Below are positions 51,520 through 63,600 of a DNA stretch of 64,000 nucleotides, one piece after another. A model generated the notes under the pieces. It did no database searches. It was not told where the DNA came from and saw nothing but the letters and a program-made list of their open reading frames with translations. Every line of letters starts with the position of its first letter. Within the stretch, counting starts at the first letter, position 1. The DNA comes from Okamejei kenojei (Eukaryota): contig CM069131.1 in NCBI GenBank assembly GCA_035221665.1, positions 38,440,001 through 38,504,000 on the forward strand. The letters run 5' to 3'. The translations under genes and the position numbers were made by a program.

Positions 51520-51705
51520 GCAGCAAGGTGGCACAGCAGTAGAGTTGCTGCCCTTCAGCGCCAAAGACCTGGGTTTGATCCTGACTACAAGTGCTGTCTG
51601 TACGGAGTTTGTACGCTCTCCCTGTGACCGGCGTGGGTTTTCTCCAAGATCTTGGACTTGGTGGGCCGAAGGGCCTGTTATTGCGCTGTATCTCTAAACT
51701 AAACT
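51520..51705 (+). mobile_element. HE1/V-SINE-like SINE (internally deleted)
   Basis: ggcagcaaggtggcacagcagtagag...gtacggagtttgtacg...gggccgaagggcctgt..ctctaaactaaac. Confidence 0.8.
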
Positions 51706-52877
51706 CAACTACTCACCATCCACCCCTATCCCCATGTCTTTCGTGGCATCTTCTTCGTCTGCACTTATTTTTGACTGCACCTGTCTGAAGCACTTTGTAT
51801 GCTTTTGTACATTAAGAATGCTAAACAAGACTGGTTGTTATTGTAGTTGCAATCTGTGCCAGCAGCAATTCATTTCTTCATGTCTCATTCCTTTGTGATT
51901 CATTCCTTCCTGTTATATGTTGTAAATCTATCTGACATTTTGGAATAGCAACGATCAGTTTCCCTGTGATGTAAAAGCCTTCAAGAAATAGTATCCCCAT
52001 GGAGATAAATAGCCAGTCTTTGCAAAATACCATCTATCAAACACTGCTTATTGTTGCATCTTCATTAGACTTATCCATGTTTTGTCTCCTCAACAAAATG
52101 GACAAACGTATTTTCAGTCTATGGGGTCATTAAGACTCAGGTTCATCTCCTGCATTCCCCTGGACTTTACATGTTATATCAACAAAGAAGCTGGAGAAAG
52201 GGCTAACTGTTCCTCACAAGGAAGGGGAGAAAAGATGGAAAAGAAAGTTTTATGCAGAGTGGAGTTGGTAATAATCCAACATTATTCTATGTAGGGGAAT
52301 ATAAATAATTTTCAAGAGAGTTAGATTTAGCATCAGGCGTGAGCAATCTCACTTTTGATATACGTCTGCGGCTCTTAACACTCCAACATAGGAAGAAAGT
52401 TAAACGTCTGTGCCTTATAGTGATATTATGTTAAAACCTAAATACGATAAATGGGTTGAATAGAATTCCAGAGATAAGGATGCCAGTAGCATTGTGTCGG
52501 AATTTTTAAGCATACATGCATTGTGTCGGTGATAAATACTTACATCACACAATCTGACGGAGACACAGAATGCCTGGTTTCGACCCGAAACGTCGACGTC
52601 ATTTTCGCCCTCAGATGCCGCCCCTTCAAATAGTTGCTTATCCGGGCTTGAAGGGGGTGGCATTGTTTTGAGGGCTCAGCAGTGAGTGGCAAGCACCCGA
52701 ATGCCTAACTCCCATGTAAGTTTCACAACCACAATTTCACCTGGAATCACCCAGCCCGTTTCGGTCTAATTACCCATAGCAACTGGTGTTCTTTTACCCA
52801 GGTCTGGACTCTACAGGTGTGGTCCATGTTTGTCCCTGCGGAGATTACTACAGTTAATGTTCTCTCTATTTAACAAG

Positions 52878-53033
52878 TTTTCAAGGGAGAGTTAGATTTA
52901 GCTCTGTGGGCTAATGGAATCAAGAGATATGGGGAAAAAGCAGGAATGGGGCACTGATATTGGATGATCAGCCATGATCATATTCAATGGGCCGAATGGT
53001 CTACTTCTGCACCTATTTTCTATGTTTCTATGT
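52878..53033 (+). mobile_element. CR1 3' end
   Basis: ttttcaagggagagttagatttagc...(TTTCTATG)n tail. Confidence 0.8.
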
Positions 53034-53099
53034 ACATTGATTCACTCGCAGGTCTTTTTTCCTGGTGTGAATGGAGCAGTAGGTGATGCCTAGCAGCTC

Positions 53100-53565
53100 A
53101 AATCAAGTCAAGCGATTGTCGTATGCAGTAATACAGTCAGCTGCAGGTACAATGAAAATCTTGCTTACGGCAGCATCACGGGCACGGTATCTCAGAAGAG
53201 ACACAAAAATATAAAAATCATATGTAAATTCTATGACAGTTTGAAGAAAAATACAAAAAAAAACCTCCATGCAAAAGCAGTTCGAAAACAAGTCCACGGT
53301 ACTGTAAAAGGTAGTCCCTGGTGTTTCATTGCTTAGGTAGAATTAGCCTTTCCCCTGACACTCAGTCTAAAGAAGGATGGCAACCAGAAATGTAACCTGT
53401 TCCTTCTCTCCAGAGATATTGTCTGCCCCGTTGAGTTACTCCAGATTTTTGTGTCTATCTTAGAATTAGGGTGATGCAGAACAATTCAAGAACCTAACAG
53501 GAAAGTGGCTGTTTCTGAACCTGGGATGTTGGACTCCAAGCCTTTGAACCTCCTGCATGATGGTA
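53100..53565 (-). mobile_element. Old Rex-type LINE 3' end carrying a 114-bp Penelope-type insert (53347-53460)
   Basis: tcaagtcaag..tgtcgtatg tail motif. The insert is flanked by the 9-bp direct repeat TAGAATTAG. Confidence 0.55.
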
Positions 53566-54218
53566 TTTTCCAATCCATTCCTCTACCCTTTTCTATTCCA
53601 TCTTTTGCCCAGTATGAGCAAAATAGTCCCATTCTCCTGCTGGAATCGGCACCAAACTAAAAGCATGACTATTCCAAATAGTCCTTGCCTTATATAGACT
53701 TTAAACAAGGCAAAATGCTCTAGTGTCAAATATGGTGGGGTGAGCTGAGCAACTGGCTCATTACACACACTGAAAACAGTTTACTGCGTCGCCTGTTGGA
53801 ACATTACTGATCCTCAAAACAGCCCATCTACCGGCCACAGATATGTGTGCAGAAGTGTGAATGGGCATTAGCTAATCTTTTGGGGAAACGCTGAAAAACA
53901 TTTCAGATTGTGCAAACCTGAGGTTGTCGTGATGCCAATATTTAAAGTCTACGGGCCAACAGAGAAACTGGAAGCACTCACAGAAACATCCTTGCGACAA
54001 TGCCTAATAACATTTCATGTGCCTTTGTGTGAATGCAGACTGATCACACTATTCCTCTGCCAGGGGTTTGATATCATTGGTTTTGTCTATGTTGTTATTG
54101 TGTATTGGTAAGATTTTTTGGAACTACAGTATTATCACAGAAACATTCCACCGTATCATCAAACAGGGAATTAAATGAGAGGTGCCAGGACCCAGGGCTA
54201 AGAATATTGATAATAGCT

Positions 54219-54719
54219 TGTTTCTATACTTCCCCCCCCCCCCCCCCCCCGTCTAGTTTCAGTAAAAACACTGAATTAAGCACTTGAAAAAACTTAATTT
54301 TATTTTACCATAAGTGCGTCACAGATCACACACTGTACCTATCCCACTGCGGGTTCGATCCTCGTGTCTGCCTTTTCAAGCCCTCTAGGCTTTGCTCAGA
54401 CAGAGGCGGTCCCGAGTGCTCTTCCAGAAGATCGACGCTGAGCCTCGTGATCGCGGACTTTTATATGTCCCGGGGCCTCGAGGGGCCGAACCACATGGGG
54501 GTGGTTTCTCAATAACCCAATTACAGATATCGATTAACCCCATACATAACAGGCCAATGATACAACAGTTCAATACATTGTATTCACAATAGACTTCGAG
54601 ATGAAGTCAACTTGGAAACATTTACCCTGATTAACAGAAAACCCAGACAAGGCTCAACACCTCATCCAATCAACACTTGGCAAAGACAGACTCTGCAACA
54701 TTATTTACAACTATTTACA
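54219..54719 (-). mobile_element. Solo LTR related to 542-870
   Basis: The reverse complement reads TGTAAA...AAACA with imperfect 4-bp flanks agct/aggt, CATATAAAA and AATAAA. Shared blocks gtcgatcttct..agcact.gggac and tcagtgtttt(t)actgaa. Confidence 0.65.
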
Positions 54720-54839
54720 AGGTGTATGTCTGGTTTGCAGCCATCCTATCCATTCTATGCATTTTGCACCAGATTGACAGGGTTTTCAGAGCTTCCCATT
54801 CTTTGCTTGCAAATTGTATCTAAGCTCTGCAGAGAGTAA

Positions 54840-55196
54840 AGGGCCTGTCCCACTGTACGAGGTAATTCAAGAGTTCCCCCGAGTTTTCTCCTGATTTGAA
54901 CTCGGAGAATGTCCATAGGGGGTCCGTAGGGGTTCGTGGATTTCTCGTAGCAGCTCGTATGAGTAAAAAGTAACAATTTTTTTCATCACAAGTATTTTTT
55001 TACTCGTGGACATTTTTCACAGTGTTGAAAAAACGTCACGAGTTTACCAGATTTCCCGAGTACCTACCGTTAGCCTTACGAGCTGCTACGAGACATCCAC
55101 GAACTCCTATGGACCCGCTACGGACATTCTCCAAGTTCAAATCAGGGGAAAACTTGGGAGAACTCTTGAATTACCTCGTACAGTGGGACAGGCCCT
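54840..55196. mobile_element. PIF/Harbinger-type MITE
   Basis: Long near-perfect TIR AGGGCCTGTCCCACTGTACGAGGTAATTCAAGAGTTC and a perfect 3-bp TAA target duplication (54837-54839 / 55197-55199). Confidence 0.9.
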
Positions 55197-55404
55197 TAAT
55201 TCCAATTTTCTCCAGCAACCCCAAAACTTAACCCCATTTTGAAGTCCTAGCTGGTCCAATTTAGCCAGGATTAACAACGTGAGGATCACCACTTCATTTT
55301 CAACCATGATCAACCATGACGTTTATAATAATACGGGTTTACTCATGAAACAGTCCGTATTGGCACAGCACTCCACTCCACGAGCCCAGCATTACCCTCA
55401 CCTG

Positions 55405-56340
55405 GAAAGACTGTTTGGATCTTTGGATGGAGTCGAGGGGGGAGGTAAAGGGACAGGTGTTGCATCTCCTGCGGGTGCAGGCGAAAGTGCCTGGGGAGGG
55501 GTGGTTTGGGGGGGAAGGGATGAGTTGGCTTGGAAATTACGGAGGGAATGGTCTGTGCGGAAAGCAGAAAGGGGTGGAGATGGGAATATGTGGCCAGTAG
55601 TGGGATCCCTTTGGAGGTGGCGAAAATGTTGGAGGATTATATGCTATATGCGACAGCTGATGGGTTGGAAGGTGTTGACAAGGGGGACTCTGTTTTTGTT
55701 ATGAGAGGGGGGGAGGGGGAGTAAGAGCAGAGCTGCGGGATATCGAGGATACCCTAGTGAGAGCCTCATCTATAATGGAAGAGGGGAACCCCTGTTCCCT
55801 AAAGAATGAGGACATCTCCAATGCCCTGGTATGGAAAACCTCGTCTTGTGCGCAGATGCGGCATAGACCGAGAAATTGGAGTAGGGGATTGAGTCTTTAA
55901 AAGAAGAAGGGTGGGAAGAAGTGTAGTCAAGATAGCTGTGGATGTCAATTGGCTTATAATAGATGTCGGTCAATAGTCTTTTTGCTGTGATGGAGACGGG
56001 GAGATCTAGAAATGGTATGGAGATGTTGGAGATGATCCAAGTGAATTTGAGTGTAGGATGAAAATTAGTGGTGAAGTTGATGAAGTCAGTGAGTTCTGCA
56101 TGGGTGCAGGAGGTAGCACCAACGCAGTTGTCAATGTAGCGGAGTTAGAGTTTGGGGATAGGGTTAGTGTACATCTGGAACAGGGATTGTTTGATGTAGC
56201 CTACAAAGAGGCAGGCATAGCTCAGGCCCATACGAGTGCCCATAGCTACGCCTTGGATTTTGAGGAAATGGGAGGAGTCGAAGGAGAAGTTGTTGAGTGT
56301 AAGGACCAGCTCTGCTAGGCGGAGGAGGGTATTGGTAGAG
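55405..56340 (-). mobile_element. Penelope-like element reverse transcriptase fragment
   Basis: Minus-strand peptides QGVAMGTRMG.SYACLFVGY, RYIDN (YIDD equivalent) and DIYYKP.D.HSYLDYTSSHP...KDSIPYS. Confidence 0.85.
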
Positions 56341-56619
56341 TAAGTAGGATATGTAGGATATAATAAGTAGGACTATGAAGTGCATATGTGTATGGATATG
56401 CAATATGATTCAGATATGTGCTGGTCAGTTTCTAATACAAACTGACCCATTAGAATAGTACACTGAGTGGAGGACTTTTTGTTCAGTTTGTGTTTTGTGT
56501 GAATTTAAATTATTTACTAACTTTCTTTTAACAAGAGCCTTTATAAGAACATTTTTTTGCTGGGCCTACTTTCCTTCCCGGCACTCCCACGTCTTGTGAT
56601 GTCCTGTGTGAACACTTAC

Positions 56620-56719
56620 CATCCTGCATATGCATACATTCCAGAATAAAAAGCCAAGGGAAGTCCCGAAAGACTAACTTCTTTTTGATGGGAAGGCTGA
56701 TGAAAGTTATGTGTTTCTC
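56620..56719 (-). CDS. slc7a11: xCT 100-nt exon (exon 5 equivalent): (G)[32 protein letters not shown](W)
   Basis: Polypyrimidine tract plus CAG acceptor (RC 56720-56738) and GTAAGT donor. [15 protein letters not shown] is the xCT TM6 signature. In frame with both flanking exons. Confidence 0.92.
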
Positions 56720-57404
56720 CTGTGGTTTAAGAAAAAGGAAAATAAGCAGAAATATCGTTATAACAGAGACTGGCAGAAACAAATAATCTGATTAATTAAA
56801 CAAACTTACTGATGACATACATTCTACAAATTGATTTATCACAGTAATGGCTTTCGGCTGAATTGTGAACAAACCCATGTTATTAGTGAAAAGCTGTGCG
56901 AAGAAAGTGTCTGGCTGATAATTACATAAGAATGTTCTAGTGTTATCCTTTGCTAGAATAAGAGTCCAAGAATCAATTATTGAGGTGTTGTTATCATCAT
57001 CTTCACCACATTCAAAGGTGCTAAAACGAGGCGTCATTTCCAATTAACACAAAAAGGAGCTTTCAAAGGATGGTAAAAATGTGAAAAATGTTAATAATAT
57101 GGAACAGTTTTAGGCAAAAATGATGTGTTTAAAGTGTCAGGATCAACATGTGAGGGAGAAAGGAACGGAAAGTTACACTTGATTGGATGTGAAGGTTGGA
57201 GTTTGAAGATGAGAAAGAAGGTGATTCCTATGGAAGATACAACATTGCCAACATTGACTAAAAGGTATGAGAAGTATAATCATGACTAACTCTGATTTAG
57301 TAGTTTATTTATTTACTTTACGTATTATGTCAGAATCTAGAAGCTAAGCTTGCGACTAGGGCCCCATAGGAACCTGTGCAGTAGGATAGAAAATAGTCAG
57401 CCAT

Positions 57405-57535
57405 GTGTTGGAAAGAACTGCAGATGCTGGTTTAAATCGAAGGTAGACACAAAATGCTGGAATAACTCAGCGGGACAGGCAGCATATCTAGGGAGAAGGA
57501 GTGGGTGATGTTTCGATCAAGACACTTCTTCATCG
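57405..57535 (-). mobile_element. Penelope-like terminal fragment
   Basis: gaactgcagatgctgg..gtagacacaaaatgctggaataactcagcggg..tttcgatcaagacacttcttca. Confidence 0.65.
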
Positions 57536-57751
57536 GTCATGTTTTATAAAGACATGTCTTTAAAGATTAAAGGCTGTGGGTTCAGATTTAGGCTGGGGAG
57601 ATCTGAACACACAATCTACCTGACACTGCAGGACAATATTGGAGGTATTGTCACTTGGCTTAGATAATAAACAAAGTCCATGTCTGTCTTCCCAGGAGGG
57701 CTTTAAATAAACCCATTACATTTTTGTGAAAACGACCAAGGTATTGCTGCT

Positions 57752-57915
57752 GAAGATAGACACAAGAAGATGGAATAGCTCAGACCTGAAGAAGGGTCTC
57801 GACCCAAAACGTCATCCATTCCTTCTCTCCAGAAATGCTGCCTGTCCTGCTGAGTTACTCCAGCTTTTTATGTCCATCTTCAGTTTAAACCAGCATCTGC
57901 AGTTCCTTCCTACAT
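57752..57915 (+). mobile_element. Penelope-like terminal fragment
   Basis: ctgaagaagggtctcgacccaaaacgtca..gctgagttactccagc..ccagcatctgcagttcct. Confidence 0.7.
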
Positions 57916-58587
57916 ATATGTTATTGCCTCTAGTGTCCTGATCTATATTTATCCCTCAGAGTACATTGCTATAATAGATTCTATGATCTTCATGTTACAT
58001 GACAGTTTGCATGAGTGTGCAAATTGACTGTTACTGTTCCTACTGAACATTGGTGTCCATGTTTAAGAAATAATGAAATGGCTCACAGATGTTTGGGATT
58101 TCATGATGCTGTGGAGCACAATATATATATATATGCTTTTTCTACGTCAGTGATATTTAACTGACACAAAGATGCCTCTTGGCACTGTGACACTAACATC
58201 AAGATGCGCTGTTGATAAATAAATCACGGGGATTTCAATGAGTTTCAAACACAGCAGTCTTCCTTGAAGGTCGACAAAGATTGGTGTCGAATCACAGTCT
58301 CCCATTATGTTAGTTATCACCAGACAATCTATCCAAAAGCACAATACTGTTGGCACTATACGTTCCTAACATTAAAGTCTCTGTTAAAGGCTTAAAAAAA
58401 CCCCATATAATTAAAAAAATGCCTCCAGTTAAAAAGCAAACTATAGATAACAATAAGTACATTTGTATAAGTTCTGATGTTGCATTAATTGGGCTAGATC
58501 TTCCTAGATCAGTGATTCCATGTCAGACTGTTGAAGTTTACCAAAGTAAATTCACACCAGCCCAGGCTTTGGCACACAAGCATCCAA

Positions 58588-59245
58588 ATTAGATTAGATT
58601 AGATTAGATTAGATTAGATTCCTTTACTGTCATTCAGACCTTTCGGTCTGAACAAAATTGTTACCATGCAGTCATAACATATAATTAAAAAAAACAATAC
58701 ACACAATAAACACATATCCAACATCCACCACAATGAGTTCACCAGGCACCTCCTCACTGTGGTGGAAGGCAAAAGTCTTAAGTCATTGTCTTCATCCCTC
58801 CTAGTTCTCCCTCTGCGCTGAGGCGATCCAGGCCTCCGACGCCGCTGGAGCACCGCAGCTCTAAGCCAGACCGCCGCTGCCGCTGGAGCACCGCAGCTCT
58901 AAGCCGGACCGCCGCCGCCGCTGGAGCACCACAGCTCTAAGCTGGGCCGCTGCCGTCGCTGGAGCACCACAGCTCAAAGCTGGGCCGCCGCCGCCGCTGG
59001 AGCACCGCAGCTCCAAACCAGGCCGCTGCCACAGCTCCGCCATTAGGCCTCAGCACAGACGGTGACGGGGGACACGCATCCCCCCCGAAGGGAGAGACTA
59101 AAACTGTTTCTCCCACCCCCCCCACATACACAACCTAATAAAACAAAGCTACTAAAACAAACACTAGAAGACAACAACAAAAGAAAAAAACAGACGGACT
59201 GCACGTGAGCCGCAGCTGCCAGCCAGCGCGGCCACTTCCGGAGAT
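58588..59245 (-). mobile_element. Non-autonomous LINE-derived (Rex1-like 3' end) element with internal ~30-bp GC-rich minisatellite
   Basis: (TCTAA)n tail after tgacagtaaagg, with a hairpin ttcagacc-gaaa-ggtctgaa. The unit gccgctggagcaccgcagctctaagc repeats ~5 times at 58840-59040. Confidence 0.6.
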
Positions 59246-59715
59246 TATGCTGCATTCCCAAGATTACTAACAGAGTTCAACCTGTGCATCTGCCAACGCA
59301 TCTGCCACCAGGTTTCCTTTGGAGCCTATCGGCAGAACAAATCATTGCTGAGATTCCCATCTGTAGCATGCTGCAAAATGAGGCTGGGGTTTTACGGGCT
59401 GTCCAAATTGTTCACATTTTATCATGGGCACAGCCTTTTTTTGGCCTGGCCATTTGAGTTGATTGTCACATTGGGTTATTTCAAGAACCATTAGGAACAC
59501 AATGGACCTCCTCGCACTATCATGGATTTGTTTTCGAATGGTGCTTTGAGCTAATGATTCCCTTTTGCACAGTCTTGTAGAATTTAAGTGTGATTTATGT
59601 ATAATATAGGTATATTGTCATTGTATCTGCGCCTAATCCTACTTGTTCACATGACAATTAAAGAAAAGAGGCACAAAACAGACACAGAAAAACTATTTAT
59701 TTCCCCCCCCCCCCA

Positions 59716-59815
59716 CATCAGTCTGAGGAAGGGTCTCGACCCGAAACGTCGCCTGTTCCTTCGCTCCTGAGATGCTGCCTCACCCGCTGAGTTTCTCCAG
59801 CATTTTTGTCTACCA
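59716..59815 (+). ncRNA. Minimal hammerhead-ribozyme-like core in a Penelope-type terminus
   Basis: CTGAGGA-a-GGGTC-TC-GACCC-GAAA-CG-TC, i.e. the CUGANGA / stem II / GAAA / GUC layout. Stem I is weak. Confidence 0.45.
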
Positions 59816-59896
59816 ACTATTTATTTTTGGTCAGTCTGGAATAATCTGTTGCTCTGTGGCTTACTAGAAATGGTAAAGTGTTTTGTGCCTGCTTAC

Positions 59897-60022
59897 CTTT
59901 GAATAACAGCACCATTCCAGGGATGATGATGATTAAAATGGCACCAAGTTTGAAGAATGTTAGACAGATCTGCAGTCGCGCAGACCAGCTGACACTCATG
60001 CTGTTAATGTACATTATCGCAG
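59897..60022 (-). CDS. slc7a11: xCT 126-nt exon (exon 4 equivalent): [41 protein letters not shown](G)
   Basis: TTTTCCAG acceptor and GTAAGC donor. The peptide matches x[37 protein letters not shown]. Confidence 0.93.
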
Positions 60023-60765
60023 CTGGAAAACAAAACAAAATAAAAGGAGCGCTGTTACCTCAGGTAACAACACACTGCACGATGTCACATTGAAGGATAC
60101 CACTGACTGGCTCAAAACTAATACCAGACAATTGTCTTCACATTATTAGCAGAGTGAGGAACATAACGGCATCAAAGAAAATAATACATAATATAGCATT
60201 AAATTGTTGACCACATGAATAAAGAGATCCATCTCTCTCAGCCTTCTTAGCAATAATTGCTTTCCATTTGGAACCAATGTGGACTTGATGCAGCAACTGC
60301 CTATTGTGAATGTGATTGTTCTCACAGCAGGTCTACTGACTTTGGTAAGATATTGCTAGGCTGGGAGTGAGAGTAAGGAACACACCAAATATAATCTCAC
60401 AGCAAGGGGGTGCTGAATCAAAGGGTAAAATATCCAGAGCAGAGCTGATATATTCCCTAGTAGTTGGATGTAAACTTGGTCTCAGTGCAAGACCTGGATA
60501 CAGGTGGAGAAAATGAATTGGACAAATAATGTAGGAAAGAAGGATTTCAACAAAAAAAAAAATAATGTATTTCCTTTATCCTGTATCTGTATACTGTGAA
60601 CGGCTTGATTGTAATCATGCATAGTCTTTCGGCTGACTGGTTAGCACGCACCAAGTAAGCTATTCACTGTACCTCGGTACACATCACAATAATAATACAA
60701 CCAAACTTAAAAAGTTATTTGATAAAGGCATAGCACTCCGTCAATTTAACTTATCTTTAGTAAGT

Positions 60766-61381
60766 ACTGGACTAAGTGGGACCCATTAGGTCCCGGTCAC
60801 AAGGGACGCCTGGTCCCCCAACGTAACCCATTCCCCAACACAATATTCCACCACTCACCCATTCCCCCAATGCAACTCATTCCCCCAATGCAATATTCCA
60901 TCACTCACCCATAGCCCCGACCTGCGCAGGCACGGCTCATTTCCCCTCATCCCCCAACACTCCCTCCCCCTCCTCTTCATGTGTTGGTGGGGAGTGGGGA
61001 AAAGGGGTGAGGGAAGTGCGTTTGTGGTGATGGTGGTGTAGAGAGGGGAGGGGTGGGGGTTGTGTGTGGACGTGGGGGGGGGGTGTAGGTTTGGGTGTGT
61101 GTGTGGGGGGCAGGGGGAGGGGGGAAGGGGGGGGAGCAGCGGGCCTGCTGGAGCATTCCATTGTTTTGTTGTAATTCCAAAGCTTGTATTGAATGTACAA
61201 CAGAGCCTGATCATGATGCTTGATGCTTCGTATCAATCATTATATTAGGATTTCTCATCGTTCTCTGTTCTTTGTACTTGAGGTGGGGGTTGCCATGGGG
61301 GGGGGGGGGGTGTGAGTGTCCCTCAGCTGGTGGAGGGAGACAGCTTGAGGCGGGGGCTCTCTGGGGCTGTCGGGGGCTGTG

Positions 61382-61415
<34 letters not shown>

Positions 61416-61850
61416 GTGAGCATCCTGCAGCTGGGGGAGGGGGATGGCTGCAAGTGGGGGGGCTGTCGGGGGGAGGGTGAACGTCCTCCTGGCGGGGGTG
61501 AGGGACGGCTTCAGGCAGGGGCTGTCTGGGGGTGGAGTGGCCTGCAGCTGGGGTGGGGCACGGCTTCAGGCAGGGTGGGGGGAGTGTACTGCAGCCGGGG
61601 GAGGGGGTGGCTTCGGGCGGGAGCTGTCGGGAGCCAGTGGTGGTGGAGGTGAGCATCCTGTAGCCAGCGGAGGGGGATGGCTTCAGGCGGGGGCTGTCGG
61701 GGACCAGTGGAGGGCGGGAAGGTAGTGCTGCCGTGGCCTACAGCTGCCATGGCCTACTGCTACCGCTCCCCACCGGCATCAGGCCGGGGCCGGTGGGGAG
61801 CAACCTGCAGCTGGGGACAGGGACAGCTCAGTCGGGGCTAGTGAGGGGGG
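60766..61850 (-). mobile_element. Candidate non-autonomous Helitron-like element with G/C-rich minisatellite interior
   Basis: The reverse complement of 60766-60794 is a hairpin GGGACC-TAATG-GGTCCC followed by ACTTAGT-CCAG|T (CTAG-like 3' end). The cccattcccccaa unit repeats three times. The 5' end is not defined. Confidence 0.4.
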
Positions 61851-62499
61851 GACCCATAGTCAGATCGAATCTGGGCCTCTGGCGCTGTAAGGCAGGAACT
61901 CTACCGCTGCGCCACCCATTGCGTCACTGTGGCCTACAGTGGCATTCATAGAAATTAAATGCCAAAGGGTGAGATCAAAAATAAAATGTTGAATTAGAAA
62001 TTATTTGGCTATTGATGTATTTTAAACCAGGAAACAATGTGACAATAATTATTCTCAAATTGTAATATAACACAGAAAAGATGCAGTTTTAAGTGGGCAG
62101 ATATCATGAGAGTGAAAGTCCTACAAATAGAATCCAGTCGTGCATCATTATTTTCCGCATCTCATGTGCAAGGAATTGTGCTTGAATGATTTTTGTGTGC
62201 ATCTCTTTTGTGCCTGTGATTTTACACTAGTAAAGAACATTGATGTAAATTTCTGATACTTATTCCAGCAGAGAATGTTAACGAGAGTTTGTGAGATGAT
62301 TAAATCCCATATCTGATTCAAATTTCATATTGACATAAATGTTAGTTGCAATTAAAATGTTGGATAGATTAGGTACTTGTACATATATGATATGTCTGGA
62401 TAAATTGGTACTTTCATACAATTCCCAGAGTCCTGTGAAGAGTGGGTTATTCTCCTTCACTGAAACTTTGTGCAAAACTGAATGCATCGACTGCGGTTT

Positions 62500-62805
62500 A
62501 GGGCGGCACAGTGGTAGAGTTGCTGCCTTACAGTGCTTGCAGCACCGGAGAACGAGGTTCAATCCTGACGATGGGTGCAGCCTGTACGGAGTTTGTACCT
62601 TCCCCCTGTGACCACGTGTGTTTTCCCCATGATTTTCAGTTTCCTCCCACACATCAAAGACGCACAGGTATTTAGGTAAATTGGCTTGGTATAAGTGTAA
62701 AAATGCCCCAAGTGTGTGTAAGGTAGTATTAATGTGCGGGGATCGCTGGTCCGTGCGGACACGGTGGGCCAAAATGCCTGATTCTACGCTGTATCTCTAA
62801 AACGT
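62500..62805 (+). mobile_element. HE1/V-SINE-like SINE, near full length
   Basis: gggcggcacagtggtagagttgctgccttacag head, V-domain, and CR1-like 3' end gggccaaaatgcctg..ctgtatctctaaa. Confidence 0.85.
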
Positions 62806-63544
62806 AAAAAAAACCCTAAAAAATACTGTCTAAAGTTAATGTTCAGCTTAAATTTACATGAATGAACATTTCACCTCTCACTTGACTACAAGGCTCTGAC
62901 ATAATAAATGTGCAATATTTCATCTAAATTCCGTGAAGTTAGAGAAGCACAGTAAAGAATAGTAACAACACACGTTGCTTCTAAATGACACTCATGCCAA
63001 ATAAGGGAGATAGCGTATTTTAAGAATATCATTGCTTTGAATTCATCTATAGATGAGGTTAAGACAAATTATTAGGATTTAGTACGTAAATATATCCTGC
63101 TTTTTATTATTCCATGGAAGGGATTGTTTAATAACAAAAACTAGATCTAGAAGGAGAAAAGTCTGCCAACAAACATTGGCCTTTTTGACCGCACTGAGCA
63201 GGAAATAATTCACTGCAAACCTTAAGCGGTGACAAAAATAATAATTTAGTATTTTAGCTGGAGACGTGAGTTCAAGCAAGGCAGAGCTGATGGAGTAAGG
63301 CAGAGTCGCAACCAAGTGCTAAATGTGGTTACCTGTGTCTGTGTAAAAGGAAGCCATAATTCATTCCCTGCAAGTTAGAACTCTTTTGTATTTGTAAAAA
63401 AAAAGTTACAGACATTTTGCCTGGTGTTGAGTTGTCCTCCAGACACCCTGTGCAAATCAGCTAGGAGAACCTTGAAACACCTAGCTTCAGGGTACAAGCT
63501 TCATGCTGTAATTTTGTTTCCTTGCTTGAGAACCTCCATTTATC

Positions 63545-63600
63545 AAAATGCCTGCAAAAGCAGTCTCAAATAAAATGCCTGCAAAAGCAGTCTCAAATAA
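63545..63600. repeat. 27-bp perfect tandem duplication
   Basis: aaaatgcctgcaaaagcagtctcaaat x2. Confidence 0.9.

Noticed and set aside
58840-59040. Regularly spaced ~30-bp repeats resembling a CRISPR array
   Set aside because: The units are contiguous with no unique spacers, there are no cas genes, and the context is vertebrate. It is a minisatellite.
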